NCBI GenBank assembly: GCA_965250285.1
Contig: OZ252299.1
Span: forward strand, 3,840,001-3,904,000
Source: Myxococcota bacterium
GTDB taxonomy: Bacteria > Myxococcota_A > UBA9160 > UBA4427
Direction of reading: 5' to 3'
DNA: 64,000 nucleotides
In this document: in pieces, positions 18,518 through 28,432 of the stretch
How the letters are laid out: each line of letters begins with the position of its first letter
Numbering within the stretch: the first letter of the stretch is position 1
Position numbers and translations under genes: made by a program
The notes under the pieces: model-generated
The model's input: the letters and a program-made list of their open reading frames with translations, nothing else
What the model was told of the DNA's origin: nothing
Database searches by the model: none

Positions 18518-20680
18518 ATGTCGATCGCGATCTCGGACGAGCACCAGGAGCTGGGACGCGTCGCGCGCTCTTTCCTCACCTCTCACGATGCCCGCAGCGC
18601 GTCGCGCGCCATGCTCGAGGCAGCGGACGATCGCGTGCCCGACTTCTGGAAGGCGATGGCCGAGCTCGGCTGGCTCGGGCTTCACATCGACGAGGCCCAC
18701 GGGGGGCAGGGCTTCGGGCTCTCCGAACTCTCGGTCGTCGTCGAGGCCCTCGGCTTCGCGATGGCGCCCGGCCCTTTTCTCCCCACCGTCGTCACGTCGG
18801 CGCTCATCAACGAGGTCGGCCATGAGTCGGCCCGCACCGCGTTGCTACCGGCGCTCGCAGGCGGTGCGTGCATCGGCGGCACAGGCATCAGCGGTGATCT
18901 CGCGTTCGGCCCGGAGGGCCGCGTCAGCGGATCGGCCGGCTGGGTGCTCGGCGCCGAGCTCGCCGGCGTGCTCGCACTCGGGGTGGGCGACGATGTCGTG
19001 CTGGTCGAGGCGGGTCAGCCCGGCGTCTCGATCGCAGCGCAGAAGAACCTCGACCCGAGCCGGCCCGCCGCGCGCGTCGAGCTCGACGGTGTCGAAGTCG
19101 ATCCGTCCCGCCGACTCTCTGCGGCTCGCCCACGGCTCGTCCGATTCGTCCGCACCCTCGCTGCCGCCGAAGCAGCGGGCGGCGCGCGCGCCGTGACCGA
19201 GATGGCGGCCGACTATGCCAAGGAGCGCGTGCAGTTCGGGCGGCCCATCGGCACGTTCGGCCCGGTCAAGCACCACTGTGCCGACATGCTGTCTGCAACC
19301 GAGCTGGCGACGGCCGGCGCGTGGGGCGCCGCCCGTGGAAACCTCGATCGCGACGAGGCCGAGCTCGCCGCGGCGATCGCGTGCGGCAACGCTCTGTCGG
19401 CGTTCTCTTTCTGCTCGAAGCTCAACATTCAGGTGCATGGCGGCATCGGCTACACGTGGGAGCACGACGCGCACCTCTACCTGAGGCGAGCCGTCGCCCT
19501 CGAGGCATTCGCGGGCCCGATCGACGCGGCGCGCGAGGACGTCGTGCGTTGCATGGCCCGGGGCGCTCGAACGCGCCGGAGCATCGAGCTCCCGCCCGAA
19601 GCCGACGCCTACCGAGACGAAGCGCGCCGCTTCGTCGACGAATATGAGGCCCTGCCGAAAGAGTCGAAGCGCAAAGCGCTCAGCGATAGCGGCTACCTCG
19701 TGCCGCACTGGCCCGAGCCGTGGGGGCGCGATGCCGGGCCGATCGAGCAGCTCGTCATCGAGGAAGCCTTCAAGGGCGTCCGCCGCCCCGACCTCAGCAT
19801 CAGCGGTTGGAACGCACTCACGATCTCGCAGCACGGCAACGCCGAGCAGGTTGCGCGCTTCGTACGACCGGCCCTCGAAGGCCAGATCGAATTCTGCCAG
19901 CTCTTCAGTGAGCCGGGCGCCGGTTCGGACGCCGCGGCGGTTCAGACCCGTGGGTTTCGGGTCGAAGGCGGCTGGCGGGTGACGGGCCAGAAGGTCTGGA
20001 CGAGCAATGCCCATCGCTGCACGCATGGCTTCGCGACCGTGCGCACCGACACCGACGCCGCCAAGCACGCGGGGATCACGATGATGGTGGTCGACCTGAA
20101 GGCCGAAGGCGTCGAGATTCGACCGCTGCGGCAGATCACCGGCCATGCCCACTTCAACGAGGTGTTCTTCGACGACGTCTTCGTCCCCGATGAAGACGTC
20201 GTGGGCCCGGTCGACCAGGGCTGGACCATCGCACGCAGCACACTCGGCAACGAACGCATCTCGCTGGGCGGCGGAACCGACGGCGGTATGGGCGGCGGCC
20301 CGGATCTGCTCGACCTGCTGCGACGCCATGCGCCGGACGACGTCGGCCTGGCCCGCGAGGTCGGCGAGGCTCTCGCCGAGACCGAAGCCATCGCCCTCAT
20401 GAACCTGCGCGGCGTGATTCGCGCCGTCGAAGGCGCCGAGCCCGGCGCCGAGGGCAACGTGAAGAAGCTGATCGGCGCCGAGCTCGCCCAGCGCAAGGGG
20501 GCGCTCGCTGCCCGCCTCGTCGGGCCGGCCGCCGCCGTGCGCGAAGGTGAAGACAAGCGCGCCGGCACGTGGCTCATGGCGACGATGGCCGCGACCATCG
20601 GGGGTGGCACGTCGGAGATCATTCGCAATCAGATCGCCGAACGGATCCTGGGCCTGCCCCGAGATCCCTTGATCTCGTAG
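18518..20680 (+). CDS. Two-domain (fused) acyl-CoA dehydrogenase, FadE34/ChsE3-like
   Basis: First ACAD unit ends QVHGGIGYTWEH; second has FSEPGAGSD, GQKVWTS, FNEVFFD, IGGGTSEI. Confidence 0.9.
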   Translation: MSIAISDEHQELGRVARSFLTSHDARSASRAMLEAADDRVPDFWKAMAELGWLGLHIDEAHGGQGFGLSELSVVVEALGFAMAPGPFLPTVVTSALINEVGHESARTALLPALAGGACIGGTGISGDLAFGPEGRVSGSAGWVLGAELAGVLALGVGDDVVLVEAGQPGVSIAAQKNLDPSRPAARVELDGVEVDPSRRLSAARPRLVRFVRTLAAAEAAGGARAVTEMAADYAKERVQFGRPIGTFGPVKHHCADMLSATELATAGAWGAARGNLDRDEAELAAAIACGNALSAFSFCSKLNIQVHGGIGYTWEHDAHLYLRRAVALEAFAGPIDAAREDVVRCMARGARTRRSIELPPEADAYRDEARRFVDEYEALPKESKRKALSDSGYLVPHWPEPWGRDAGPIEQLVIEEAFKGVRRPDLSISGWNALTISQHGNAEQVARFVRPALEGQIEFCQLFSEPGAGSDAAAVQTRGFRVEGGWRVTGQKVWTSNAHRCTHGFATVRTDTDAAKHAGITMMVVDLKAEGVEIRPLRQITGHAHFNEVFFDDVFVPDEDVVGPVDQGWTIARSTLGNERISLGGGTDGGMGGGPDLLDLLRRHAPDDVGLAREVGEALAETEAIALMNLRGVIRAVEGAEPGAEGNVKKLIGAELAQRKGALAARLVGPAAAVREGEDKRAGTWLMATMAATIGGGTSEIIRNQIAERILGLPRDPLIS

Positions 20681-20691
20681 GAGAGCACTTC

Positions 20692-21702
20692 ATGTCATCG
20701 GATGGCGGCAACGAGAAGCCGGGCGCACACCGCATCGTCAAGTGGTCGCCGCCCTACCGGCGCGAGAACGTCGAGGAGCCCGAGTTCGATCTCATCGAGA
20801 TCGAGCGCGACGGACCGATCGGTCGAATCATCCTCAATAGTCCCGAGAAGCGAAACCCGCTCGGCTACGAGCGACTCCTGCAGATCGAGATGGCGGCGAA
20901 GCTGCTCGAGCTCGACGAGGAAGTGCGGGTTCTCATCATCAAGGGTCAGGGCCCCGCCTTCTCGGCCGGGTACGACATCACGCCGGTCAAGAAGGGCGAA
21001 CGCCAGCGAAACATGCCGCCGGGCGGCTACATCCACCCCGAGCGCGACCGACTGTGGCAGTCGTACGACCTCGAGCACGCGCGCGTCTACATGACGCTCT
21101 TCGACCTGCAGAAACCGGTCATCGCGCAGATCCACGGCGCCTGCCTCGCCGGCGCCACCGAGCTCGCCGGGTTCTGCGATCTGCGCGTCGTGGCGGACGA
21201 CGCGAAGATCGGCTGGCCCGTGGGCCGCAACTGGTCGCCGGGCAACCTGCAGTACATCCCCTGGCTGGTCGGAATGACCCGGGCCAAGTACTACATGTTC
21301 ACGTGCGAACCCATGAGCGGCCGCGAGGCATTCGAAGGCAACTGGGCGTCGGAGTCGGTGCCGCCGGAGCGACTCGAAGAGCGCACCGAGGAGCTGGCGC
21401 GACAGATCGCGCTGACACCCACCGATCTGATCATGCTCACGAAGCGCAGCATCAACCGCCAGTTCGAGGTGATGGGGTTCAAGACCGGCATCTCGACGAG
21501 CGTCGACCTGCTCGCGCTCTCGAGCTTTCGCGAGGGGGGGCTGTACTCGAAGAAGTCGCGCGACGGCCAGGGCGGCGACGAGTTTCTCGAACGGTCGCAT
21601 CGAGACGGCCTGAAGTCGGCGCTCGAGTGGCGCGAGGAGAAGTTCGGGAACCGCTACCGACCGGGCGGCGACGATGTGGAGCCGGGCGCCGAAGACAGCT
21701 GA
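20692..21702 (+). CDS. Enoyl-CoA hydratase/isomerase family protein
   Basis: FSAGYDI, KPVIAQIHGACLAG; AGGAG RBS before ATG 20692. Confidence 0.9.
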   Translation: MSSDGGNEKPGAHRIVKWSPPYRRENVEEPEFDLIEIERDGPIGRIILNSPEKRNPLGYERLLQIEMAAKLLELDEEVRVLIIKGQGPAFSAGYDITPVKKGERQRNMPPGGYIHPERDRLWQSYDLEHARVYMTLFDLQKPVIAQIHGACLAGATELAGFCDLRVVADDAKIGWPVGRNWSPGNLQYIPWLVGMTRAKYYMFTCEPMSGREAFEGNWASESVPPERLEERTEELARQIALTPTDLIMLTKRSINRQFEVMGFKTGISTSVDLLALSSFREGGLYSKKSRDGQGGDEFLERSHRDGLKSALEWREEKFGNRYRPGGDDVEPGAEDS

Positions 21703-21757
21703 GGCGAGTGAGAACCCACCCGGAGGCGCGCGCCTTCGACGATGGAAGGAAGACTGC

Positions 21758-22636
21758 ATGAGTGCCCCTGCCCTCGATGCCAACGAGCTCGAGTTCTATT
21801 GGGAGAATGGGTATGTGGTCAAGCCCGGGCTGATCCCTCGAGCCGATCTCGATCGCTGGCTCGAGCGGCTGGACGACATCGTGCAGCAGCGCGTCCCGAA
21901 GGCCGACGGCATGCTCGTCATGAAGGACGTCATGGTCGCGAAGGGAAAGGTCGAGCCCGGCAACCAACTCGAGGCGATTGCGAAGATTCAGGACTATGAG
22001 AAGGATCCGGTCCTCGACACATACACGACGCACACGAGCGTGCTCGATGTGATCGAGTGCATCGTGGGCCACGACGTGCAGACGATCCACACGATGCTGA
22101 TCAACAAGCCGCCGAATGTCGACGGCCGACACCCGATTCATCAAGATCTGCTGTACTTCCCGTTCCGTCCGGCTGACCGCATCGTCGCATCGTGGACGGC
22201 ACTCGAACGCGTCACGAAAGAGAACGGCTGCCTCGTCGTCGTGCCGGGGAGCCATCGCGGCGAGCTCCTCACGCACGAGAATCCGCCCGACATCGAAGAT
22301 CTCAACATGGGCTACTTCGGAGCGGCCGACATCGGCGACCAGATCGATGGCCGTATCCATCTCGAGATGGAGCCGGGCGACACCGTGTTCTTCCACCCGG
22401 TGCTGCTACACGGGTCGGGTCGCAATCGAACCGACGGCTTCCGACGCGCGATCTCGGCGCACTATACGGCGCTCGACGTCGAGTGGGTGTGGAAGCAGGA
22501 TGACTTCTCGGCCCGCAAGTACCGCATCGTGCGGGGCCCGCGCGCAGGCGAGCGCTGGGCCGGCGCTCGGACGAACGACGCCGACACCGTCATCGACCCC
22601 CGCGACAAGATCAGGGGCTTCGGCTCGGGCCGGTGA
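21758..22636 (+). CDS. Phytanoyl-CoA dioxygenase (PhyH) family 2OG-Fe(II) oxygenase
   Basis: HTMLINKPP, HQD, NGCLVVVPGSH, FHPVLLHGSG, RRAISAHY. Confidence 0.92.
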   Translation: MSAPALDANELEFYWENGYVVKPGLIPRADLDRWLERLDDIVQQRVPKADGMLVMKDVMVAKGKVEPGNQLEAIAKIQDYEKDPVLDTYTTHTSVLDVIECIVGHDVQTIHTMLINKPPNVDGRHPIHQDLLYFPFRPADRIVASWTALERVTKENGCLVVVPGSHRGELLTHENPPDIEDLNMGYFGAADIGDQIDGRIHLEMEPGDTVFFHPVLLHGSGRNRTDGFRRAISAHYTALDVEWVWKQDDFSARKYRIVRGPRAGERWAGARTNDADTVIDPRDKIRGFGSGR

Positions 22637-22645
22637 CAGGCCGCG

Positions 22646-23455
22646 CTAGCGACCCGTGAAACGGGGTGCGCGCTTCTCGAAGATGGCGCGGACTGCCTCG
22701 CGCCCGTCTTCGCTCGTGAGCGCGCGAGCGGCGAGTCGAATCTCGTCGCGCAGGTGTTGCTCGAGATCCGCGAGCATTCCCGCACGCGTGACGAGCCGCT
22801 TCGTCTGACGTGCCGCCATTGGAGCGATCTCGGCGATCTCATTGCAACGTTCGTGGAACGCCCGATCGAACGACGCTTGCGGCACCACCTCGCCCACGAG
22901 CCCGAGAGCGAATGCTGCTTCTGCTTCAGTCATACGCGGACGAAGCAGGAAGCGCATCGCCTGCTCGTGCCCGATCAGCTGCGGCAAGGTCCAGGACAAG
23001 CCACAATCGGGTGAGCTTCCGGCGCGCGCGTAGCCGGGGTGAAAACGTGCGCGAGGACTCGCGACCCGGATGTCGGCGCACATGGCCAGGGCGAGACCTG
23101 CCCCGATCGCGATCCCGTCGATGCCTGCGATGACCGGCTTCTCGCAGTCGACTCGAATGCCCGAGACCAGACGAACGACTTGATCCTCTGTACTCGGGCG
23201 TCCCTCAGCGATCGCACCGCGAGGTCGTCGCTCCTTCAGATCCGCACCGGCGCAGAACGAATCCCCTGCCCCCAGCAAGCCCACGACGCGAATTTCACCG
23301 TCGGCCGCAGCGGCCGCGATGCCAGCGATCAACGCCTCGACGAGATCGCTCGAGAGCGCGTTCTTCTGCTCGGGGCGATTCAGAGTCAAGATTCGGACAC
23401 GGTTGACTGTCTCTTCGAGCAGTACCTCGGCGTCTTGCGCATCGATCGTCGCCAT
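22646..23455 (-). CDS. Enoyl-CoA hydratase/isomerase family protein
   Basis: FCAGADL, KPVIAGIDG, AIFEKRAPRF. Confidence 0.9.
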   Translation of the reverse strand: MATIDAQDAEVLLEETVNRVRILTLNRPEQKNALSSDLVEALIAGIAAAAADGEIRVVGLLGAGDSFCAGADLKERRPRGAIAEGRPSTEDQVVRLVSGIRVDCEKPVIAGIDGIAIGAGLALAMCADIRVASPRARFHPGYARAGSSPDCGLSWTLPQLIGHEQAMRFLLRPRMTEAEAAFALGLVGEVVPQASFDRAFHERCNEIAEIAPMAARQTKRLVTRAGMLADLEQHLRDEIRLAARALTSEDGREAVRAIFEKRAPRFTGR

Positions 23456-23476
23456 GCTGCCCTCCGCCCGTTGCGA

Positions 23477-24526
23477 TTATGCCAGCCGGTCGCGGCTGCC
23501 CGAAAGCTCCGCCAGCAGCTCGAGCCCCTCGACCTGCTTGCACGACAGCGTCAGGCCGGTCGCGCCGCTGCCCTCCCACTCGCGGAAGCGCTCGCGAATG
23601 CGCTGCGGCGGCCCGATCAACGCCTGCTCGTCGCAGAACTCGTTCGGCACGGCGTCGATCGCCTCGCGCTTGCGACCCGCGAGGTAGAGCTCCTGGATCT
23701 TCTGGGCCGCCTCGGGGAAGCCGCGGCGCACCATCATGTCGTTGTGGAAGTTCTTGTTGCGATGGCCCATGCCACCGACATAGAGGGCGATGCCGGGCTT
23801 CATGCGGTCGAAGGCCTGCTCGATCTCGTCCGTGACCAGCACGGTGACGCCGGGCTGGATCTCGAAGTCGTCGAGGCTCTTGCTGCCGCCCGCTCGACGG
23901 AACCCCTCCTCGAGCCACGGCCGGTAGAGATCCATCATGCCCGGGACGAAGGCGAGCGGGAACCAGCCGTCGGCGATCTCGGCCGTGAGCTTGACGTTGC
24001 TCTCGGTGCCCGTGCCGAGCCAGATCGGGATCTTCGGATTCATGTGCAGGATCGACTTGAGCGGCTTGCCGATCCCCATCGCTCCGTCGCCGGTGAACGG
24101 CAGCGAGATCTCTTCACCGTCGTGCTCGACCGGATCCTCGCGTTCGAAGATCTTGCGCATGATCGAGACGTAGTCGCGAATGCGGTAGTAGGGTCGGCCC
24201 CAGGGCTGGCCATACCAGCCCTCGACGATCTGGGGCCCGCTGACGCCCAGCCCGGCTACGAAGCGGTCGCCACCCGCGAGCGCATCGATCGTCGCCGCCT
24301 GCATCGCCGCCATGGCCGGCGTGCGCCCGGCGAGCTGCATGATCGACGTCCCGAGTCGGATCCGCTTCGTGACGGCGGCGAGAAAGGCGAGCGGCGACGT
24401 CGCGTCGGAGCCGTAGGCCTCGGCCGTCCACACCGAGTCGAAGCCCAGGGCCTCGGCCTTCTGGACGAGTTCGACGGGCAGCTTCATCTCGGCGCCCGAG
24501 TAGCCGAGCATCAGACCGAGCTTCAT
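23477..24526 (-). CDS. LLM-class (probably F420-dependent) oxidoreductase
   Basis: WTAEAYGSD, GLGVSGPQIVEGWYG, EIADGW. Confidence 0.92.
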   Translation of the reverse strand: MKLGLMLGYSGAEMKLPVELVQKAEALGFDSVWTAEAYGSDATSPLAFLAAVTKRIRLGTSIMQLAGRTPAMAAMQAATIDALAGGDRFVAGLGVSGPQIVEGWYGQPWGRPYYRIRDYVSIMRKIFEREDPVEHDGEEISLPFTGDGAMGIGKPLKSILHMNPKIPIWLGTGTESNVKLTAEIADGWFPLAFVPGMMDLYRPWLEEGFRRAGGSKSLDDFEIQPGVTVLVTDEIEQAFDRMKPGIALYVGGMGHRNKNFHNDMMVRRGFPEAAQKIQELYLAGRKREAIDAVPNEFCDEQALIGPPQRIRERFREWEGSGATGLTLSCKQVEGLELLAELSGSRDRLA

Positions 24527-24581
24527 GGGACGTCACCTCGTCGGCATCGCCTTCGCCCGACTCGCACGCGCGAGCCGGCGG

Positions 24582-25856
24582 CTAAGCGGCCTCACTCAAC
24601 CGATAGCGAATCGGCAGCTCCTTCAGACCGACCACGAAGCTCGACACGATCTGCGCCGGATCGCCGGCGAGCTCGAGCGACTCGACGCGCGCGATCAGTT
24701 CGCGCAGCAACGCGCGCTGGGACATGCGCGCGAGGTGGGCGCCGAGACAGAAGTGCTCCCCGATCCCGAACGCGAGGTGGCGGTTCGGGCTTCGGTCGAC
24801 GCGAAAGCTGTAGGGGTCGTCGAAGACCGACTCGTCGCGGTTCGCCGACGCGTAGAAGAGCACGAGGTTGTCGTCCTTCTTCAGCTTCTGACCGCGAAAC
24901 TCGGTGTCCTCGGCGACGACGCGCTTCATGTAGTTGACCGGTGTCGTCCACCGAAGGATCTCTTCGACGGCCGAATCGACGAGTTCGGGGTTGCGGCGCA
25001 GCTTCTCGAACTCGGCCGGGTTCTCGGCGAGGGCGAGTATGCCGCTCGCCAGCGCGTTCTTCGTGGTGTCGTGACCTGCCGTGAACGTGATGAGGTAGTA
25101 GCCGAGCGTGTCCATCAGGTTCATCGGCTCGCCGTTCACCCGAGCGTTCGCGAGCACGCTGGCGAGATCCTCGGTCGGATGGGCCCGTCGATCTTCGATG
25201 ATCGCGTTGAAGAGCTGAACGAACTCCATGATCATCGCCTGCACCGCCTCGCTGCGATCGTCGCCCTTGCGCTGCAGGTCGGGGTCGTCCGAGGCGAAGA
25301 GCTCGTTCGTCAGACGGAGCAGCTGCGGCTCCTTCTCGCGCGGCACGCCAATGATCGTCGACAGGATGCGCAGCGGATGCGCCGCCGCGATCTCGTTCGC
25401 GAACTCGCACAGCCCCTCTCGACCGCTCGCTCGCTCGACGAGCCCGGCGACCAGGTCGCGCGCGCTCTCCTGCACGATCGCATCGACCCGGTCGATGGCG
25501 CGCGGCGTGAACCACGGCGAGGCGACCTTGCGAAAGTCGCGATGCTCGGGTGGATCCATCACGATGATTGCGCGCATCTGGCCCGCGGCCTGGTTCGCCT
25601 CGGCGAACTTCTTCTGGGCGGCGCTCTCGAGCACGATGCCGAAGCGACTGAGGAAGAGGTCGGGTCGCTTCGACACCTCGCAGATGTGATCGTGCCGCAC
25701 GACGGCATGGAAGGGATCGAAGCCGTCCGGTGCGCAGGCGTGCAGATGATCGAGGGCGCGCAGGGCCCGGAACCGTTCGTGGGGGACGCCCTGCTCGCCG
25801 TAGGCGATGGGCGAGATGAGATCGAAGCCATCGGTGTCGGCAGGATCGGCGGTCAC
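24582..25856 (-). CDS. Cytochrome P450 (CYP108-like), paralog of 11442-12698
   Basis: TAGHDTT, EEILR, AFGIGEHFCLG; GTG 25856 with AGGAGG RBS. Confidence 0.95.
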   Translation of the reverse strand: MTADPADTDGFDLISPIAYGEQGVPHERFRALRALDHLHACAPDGFDPFHAVVRHDHICEVSKRPDLFLSRFGIVLESAAQKKFAEANQAAGQMRAIIVMDPPEHRDFRKVASPWFTPRAIDRVDAIVQESARDLVAGLVERASGREGLCEFANEIAAAHPLRILSTIIGVPREKEPQLLRLTNELFASDDPDLQRKGDDRSEAVQAMIMEFVQLFNAIIEDRRAHPTEDLASVLANARVNGEPMNLMDTLGYYLITFTAGHDTTKNALASGILALAENPAEFEKLRRNPELVDSAVEEILRWTTPVNYMKRVVAEDTEFRGQKLKKDDNLVLFYASANRDESVFDDPYSFRVDRSPNRHLAFGIGEHFCLGAHLARMSQRALLRELIARVESLELAGDPAQIVSSFVVGLKELPIRYRLSEAA

Positions 25857-25893
25857 GAAACCTCCTCGATCGCGGGCGCTGGATCGCCTCAAT

Positions 25894-25905
25894 TAGTATC
25901 ATAGT
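25894..25905. promoter_or_regulatory. Second copy of putative GntR operator TAGTATCATAGT
   Basis: Identical 12-mer to 18468-18479, in the divergent P450/acyl-CoA ligase gap. Confidence 0.7.
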
Positions 25906-25944
25906 TTCGAGTGATCGCATAGATCGAAACAGAGGGAGACGCGC

Positions 25945-27507
25945 GTGTATCCGGGACACCACGCAGCGACCACACCCGACAAGCCGGCGGCGATCCTCGC
26001 TCGCACCGGCGAGGTGCTGACCTACGCGGAGCTCGATGCGCGGTCGAATCGCCTCGCCCAGCTGCTCCATGCGCAGGGACTGCGTCGCGGCGATCATGTC
26101 GCCGTCTTCCTCGAGAACCAGCTGCGCTACTTCGAGGTCGCGTGGGCCGCGTTTCGCTCGGGCCTCTATCTCACGACGGTCAATCGCTACCTGACGGGCC
26201 CCGAGGCGGGCTACATCGTCGACGATTGCGGCGCTCGGGTGCTCGTGTCGTCTCGCGCCGTCCACGCCGCAACGGCAGAGATCCCCGCACTCGCGCCGGG
26301 CTGCGAACGCTTCCTCGTGATCGACGGCGTCCCTGACATGGCCTCGGATCGATTCGAGTCGTACGAGGCCGCGCTCGAGCGACACCCCGCCGAGCCGCTC
26401 GACGAGGAGCCTCTGGGCGAGCTGATGCTCTACAGCTCGGGCACGACGGGTCGACCAAAAGGCATCACGCGAAAGCTCGCGAACAAGTCGGTCACCCGGG
26501 GCCTCGCCATGGGGATCACCCTGAAGAGCCTCTTCGAGGTCGACGGCCAGAGCATCTACCTCTCTCCCGCGCCGATGTACCACTCGGCACCCATCGGTTT
26601 CACGACCGGCGTCCAGTCACTCGGGGGCACGGTCGTCTTGATGGAGCGCTTCGATGCCGCCGCCGCACTCGAGGCGATCGAGCGATACCGGGTCACCCAC
26701 AGCCAGTGGGTGCCCACCATGTTCTCGCGCATGCTGAAGCTGCCCGAAGCCGAGCGCACGCGTTTCGATCTGTCGTCGCATCGCGTCGCCGTTCACGCGG
26801 CCGCGCCCTGCCCCCGCAAGGTGAAAGAGGAGATGTTCGGCTGGTGGGGCCCGATCCTCTACGAGTACTACGGCGGCACGGAGCTGAACGGCTTGACCTT
26901 CGTGGGCCCACAGGCCTGGCTCGAACACCCGGGGACCGTCGGCAAGGCCGTGATGGGAAAGCTGCACATCTGCGACGAGGCAGGCCAGGAGCTGCCGAAG
27001 GGCGAGCCGGGCCTGGTCTACTTCGAGCGCGAGCGCGTGACGTTCTCGTACCACAACGACGAGAAGAAGACGCGCAGCGCGCAGCACCCGGTGCACCCGA
27101 CCTGGACGGCGCTCGGCGACGTCGGGTACCTCGACGATGACGACTATCTGTACCTGACCGACCGCGCATCTTTCATGATCATCTCGGGGGGCGTCAACAT
27201 CTACCCGCAAGAGATCGAGAACGAGCTGATCATGCACCCGAAGGTCGAGGACGTCGCCGTGATCGGTGTACCGAATGCCGAGTTCGGTGAAGAGGTGAAG
27301 GCGGTCGTGCAGCCCGTCGCCGGAGCCGAGCCGGGCCAAGCCCTCGCCGACGAGCTGCTCGAGTTTGCTCGCGAGCGCCTGGCGGCGTACAAATGTCCGC
27401 GATCGATCGACTTCGAGGTCGAGCTGCCGCGGCTGCAGACCGGCAAGCTCTACAAGCGGCTCCTCAAGGATCGCTACTGGGGCGAGAAGCACAGCCGCAT
27501 CGTCTGA
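25945..27507 (+). CDS. Acyl-CoA synthetase (AMP-binding)
   Basis: YSSGTTGRPKG, EYYGGTE, LGDVGY, IISGGVNIYP, TGKL. Confidence 0.95.
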   Translation: MYPGHHAATTPDKPAAILARTGEVLTYAELDARSNRLAQLLHAQGLRRGDHVAVFLENQLRYFEVAWAAFRSGLYLTTVNRYLTGPEAGYIVDDCGARVLVSSRAVHAATAEIPALAPGCERFLVIDGVPDMASDRFESYEAALERHPAEPLDEEPLGELMLYSSGTTGRPKGITRKLANKSVTRGLAMGITLKSLFEVDGQSIYLSPAPMYHSAPIGFTTGVQSLGGTVVLMERFDAAAALEAIERYRVTHSQWVPTMFSRMLKLPEAERTRFDLSSHRVAVHAAAPCPRKVKEEMFGWWGPILYEYYGGTELNGLTFVGPQAWLEHPGTVGKAVMGKLHICDEAGQELPKGEPGLVYFERERVTFSYHNDEKKTRSAQHPVHPTWTALGDVGYLDDDDYLYLTDRASFMIISGGVNIYPQEIENELIMHPKVEDVAVIGVPNAEFGEEVKAVVQPVAGAEPGQALADELLEFARERLAAYKCPRSIDFEVELPRLQTGKLYKRLLKDRYWGEKHSRIV

Positions 27508-27547
27508 GACCGCGACGCGCTCGTCGCGGCGCACGAGGGAGCCACCG

Positions 27548-28372
27548 ATGCCGCCCAGCGATCTGCACGTCGAACCGGTCGAAGGGCCCCTCGGTGTCGT
27601 CGTCGAGGGCATCGATCTGAGCGAGCCGATCGAGTCGTCGCGCATCGACGAGCTCCGCCGGCTGCTCTTCGAGCATCAGGTGCTCTTCTTTCGCGATCAG
27701 CCGCTCGATGACGAGGCGCACCTGCGCTTCGCTTCGTGTTTCGGCAAGCCGAACGTCTACCCGGTCAACGAAATGATCGGCCGCCACGAGCCCCTCGAGA
27801 TCGTGCGGGATGGCCCCGACCGCAGGCCGACGGCCGCGGGGTGGCACACCGACGTCACGTGGCTCCCCGATCCCCCGAAGATCGGCATGCTCAACGCGCA
27901 GGTCATCCCAGAGAGCGGGGGCGATACGCTCTGGTGCAGCCTCTACTCGCTCTACGATGCCCTGCCCGAGGCCGAGCGAGACGCGCTGCGTGACCGGATC
28001 GTCCACAACGAGCCCGGCCCGGTCTTCGTCGAGCTCGTGATCAAGACGATCGATGAGCGCCTCGTCGAGCCCTTCCTCGAGCGCTACGGCGCGGGCGCGC
28101 AACACCCGCTGATCCGCGAGCACGACGTGACGGGGCGTCCACTGCTCTACCTGTGCGGCGGCTTCATGGATCACATCATCGGGATGGAGCGCGACGCCGG
28201 GCGCGACCTGCTGCGCCGCTTGACCGAGCAGGCGGACGACCCCTCTCACCACATTCGCTGGCACTGGCGGGTCGGCGACGTCGCGCTCTGGGACGAGCGC
28301 TCGACCATGCACCGCGTCGACGCTTCGCACTGGCCCGAACCCAGGCGCATGCGGCGCTGCACCGTCAGCTGA
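27548..28372 (+). CDS. TauD/TfdA family 2OG-dependent dioxygenase
   Basis: WHTD, GGDTLW, WDERSTMH; GAGGGAG RBS. Confidence 0.92.
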   Translation: MPPSDLHVEPVEGPLGVVVEGIDLSEPIESSRIDELRRLLFEHQVLFFRDQPLDDEAHLRFASCFGKPNVYPVNEMIGRHEPLEIVRDGPDRRPTAAGWHTDVTWLPDPPKIGMLNAQVIPESGGDTLWCSLYSLYDALPEAERDALRDRIVHNEPGPVFVELVIKTIDERLVEPFLERYGAGAQHPLIREHDVTGRPLLYLCGGFMDHIIGMERDAGRDLLRRLTEQADDPSHHIRWHWRVGDVALWDERSTMHRVDASHWPEPRRMRRCTVS

Positions 28373-28432
28373 GTCGACTCTCGGGCGCTCGGCGCGAAGG
28401 CCGATCGCCCGTCGCGGTCGACGGTCCGGCGC

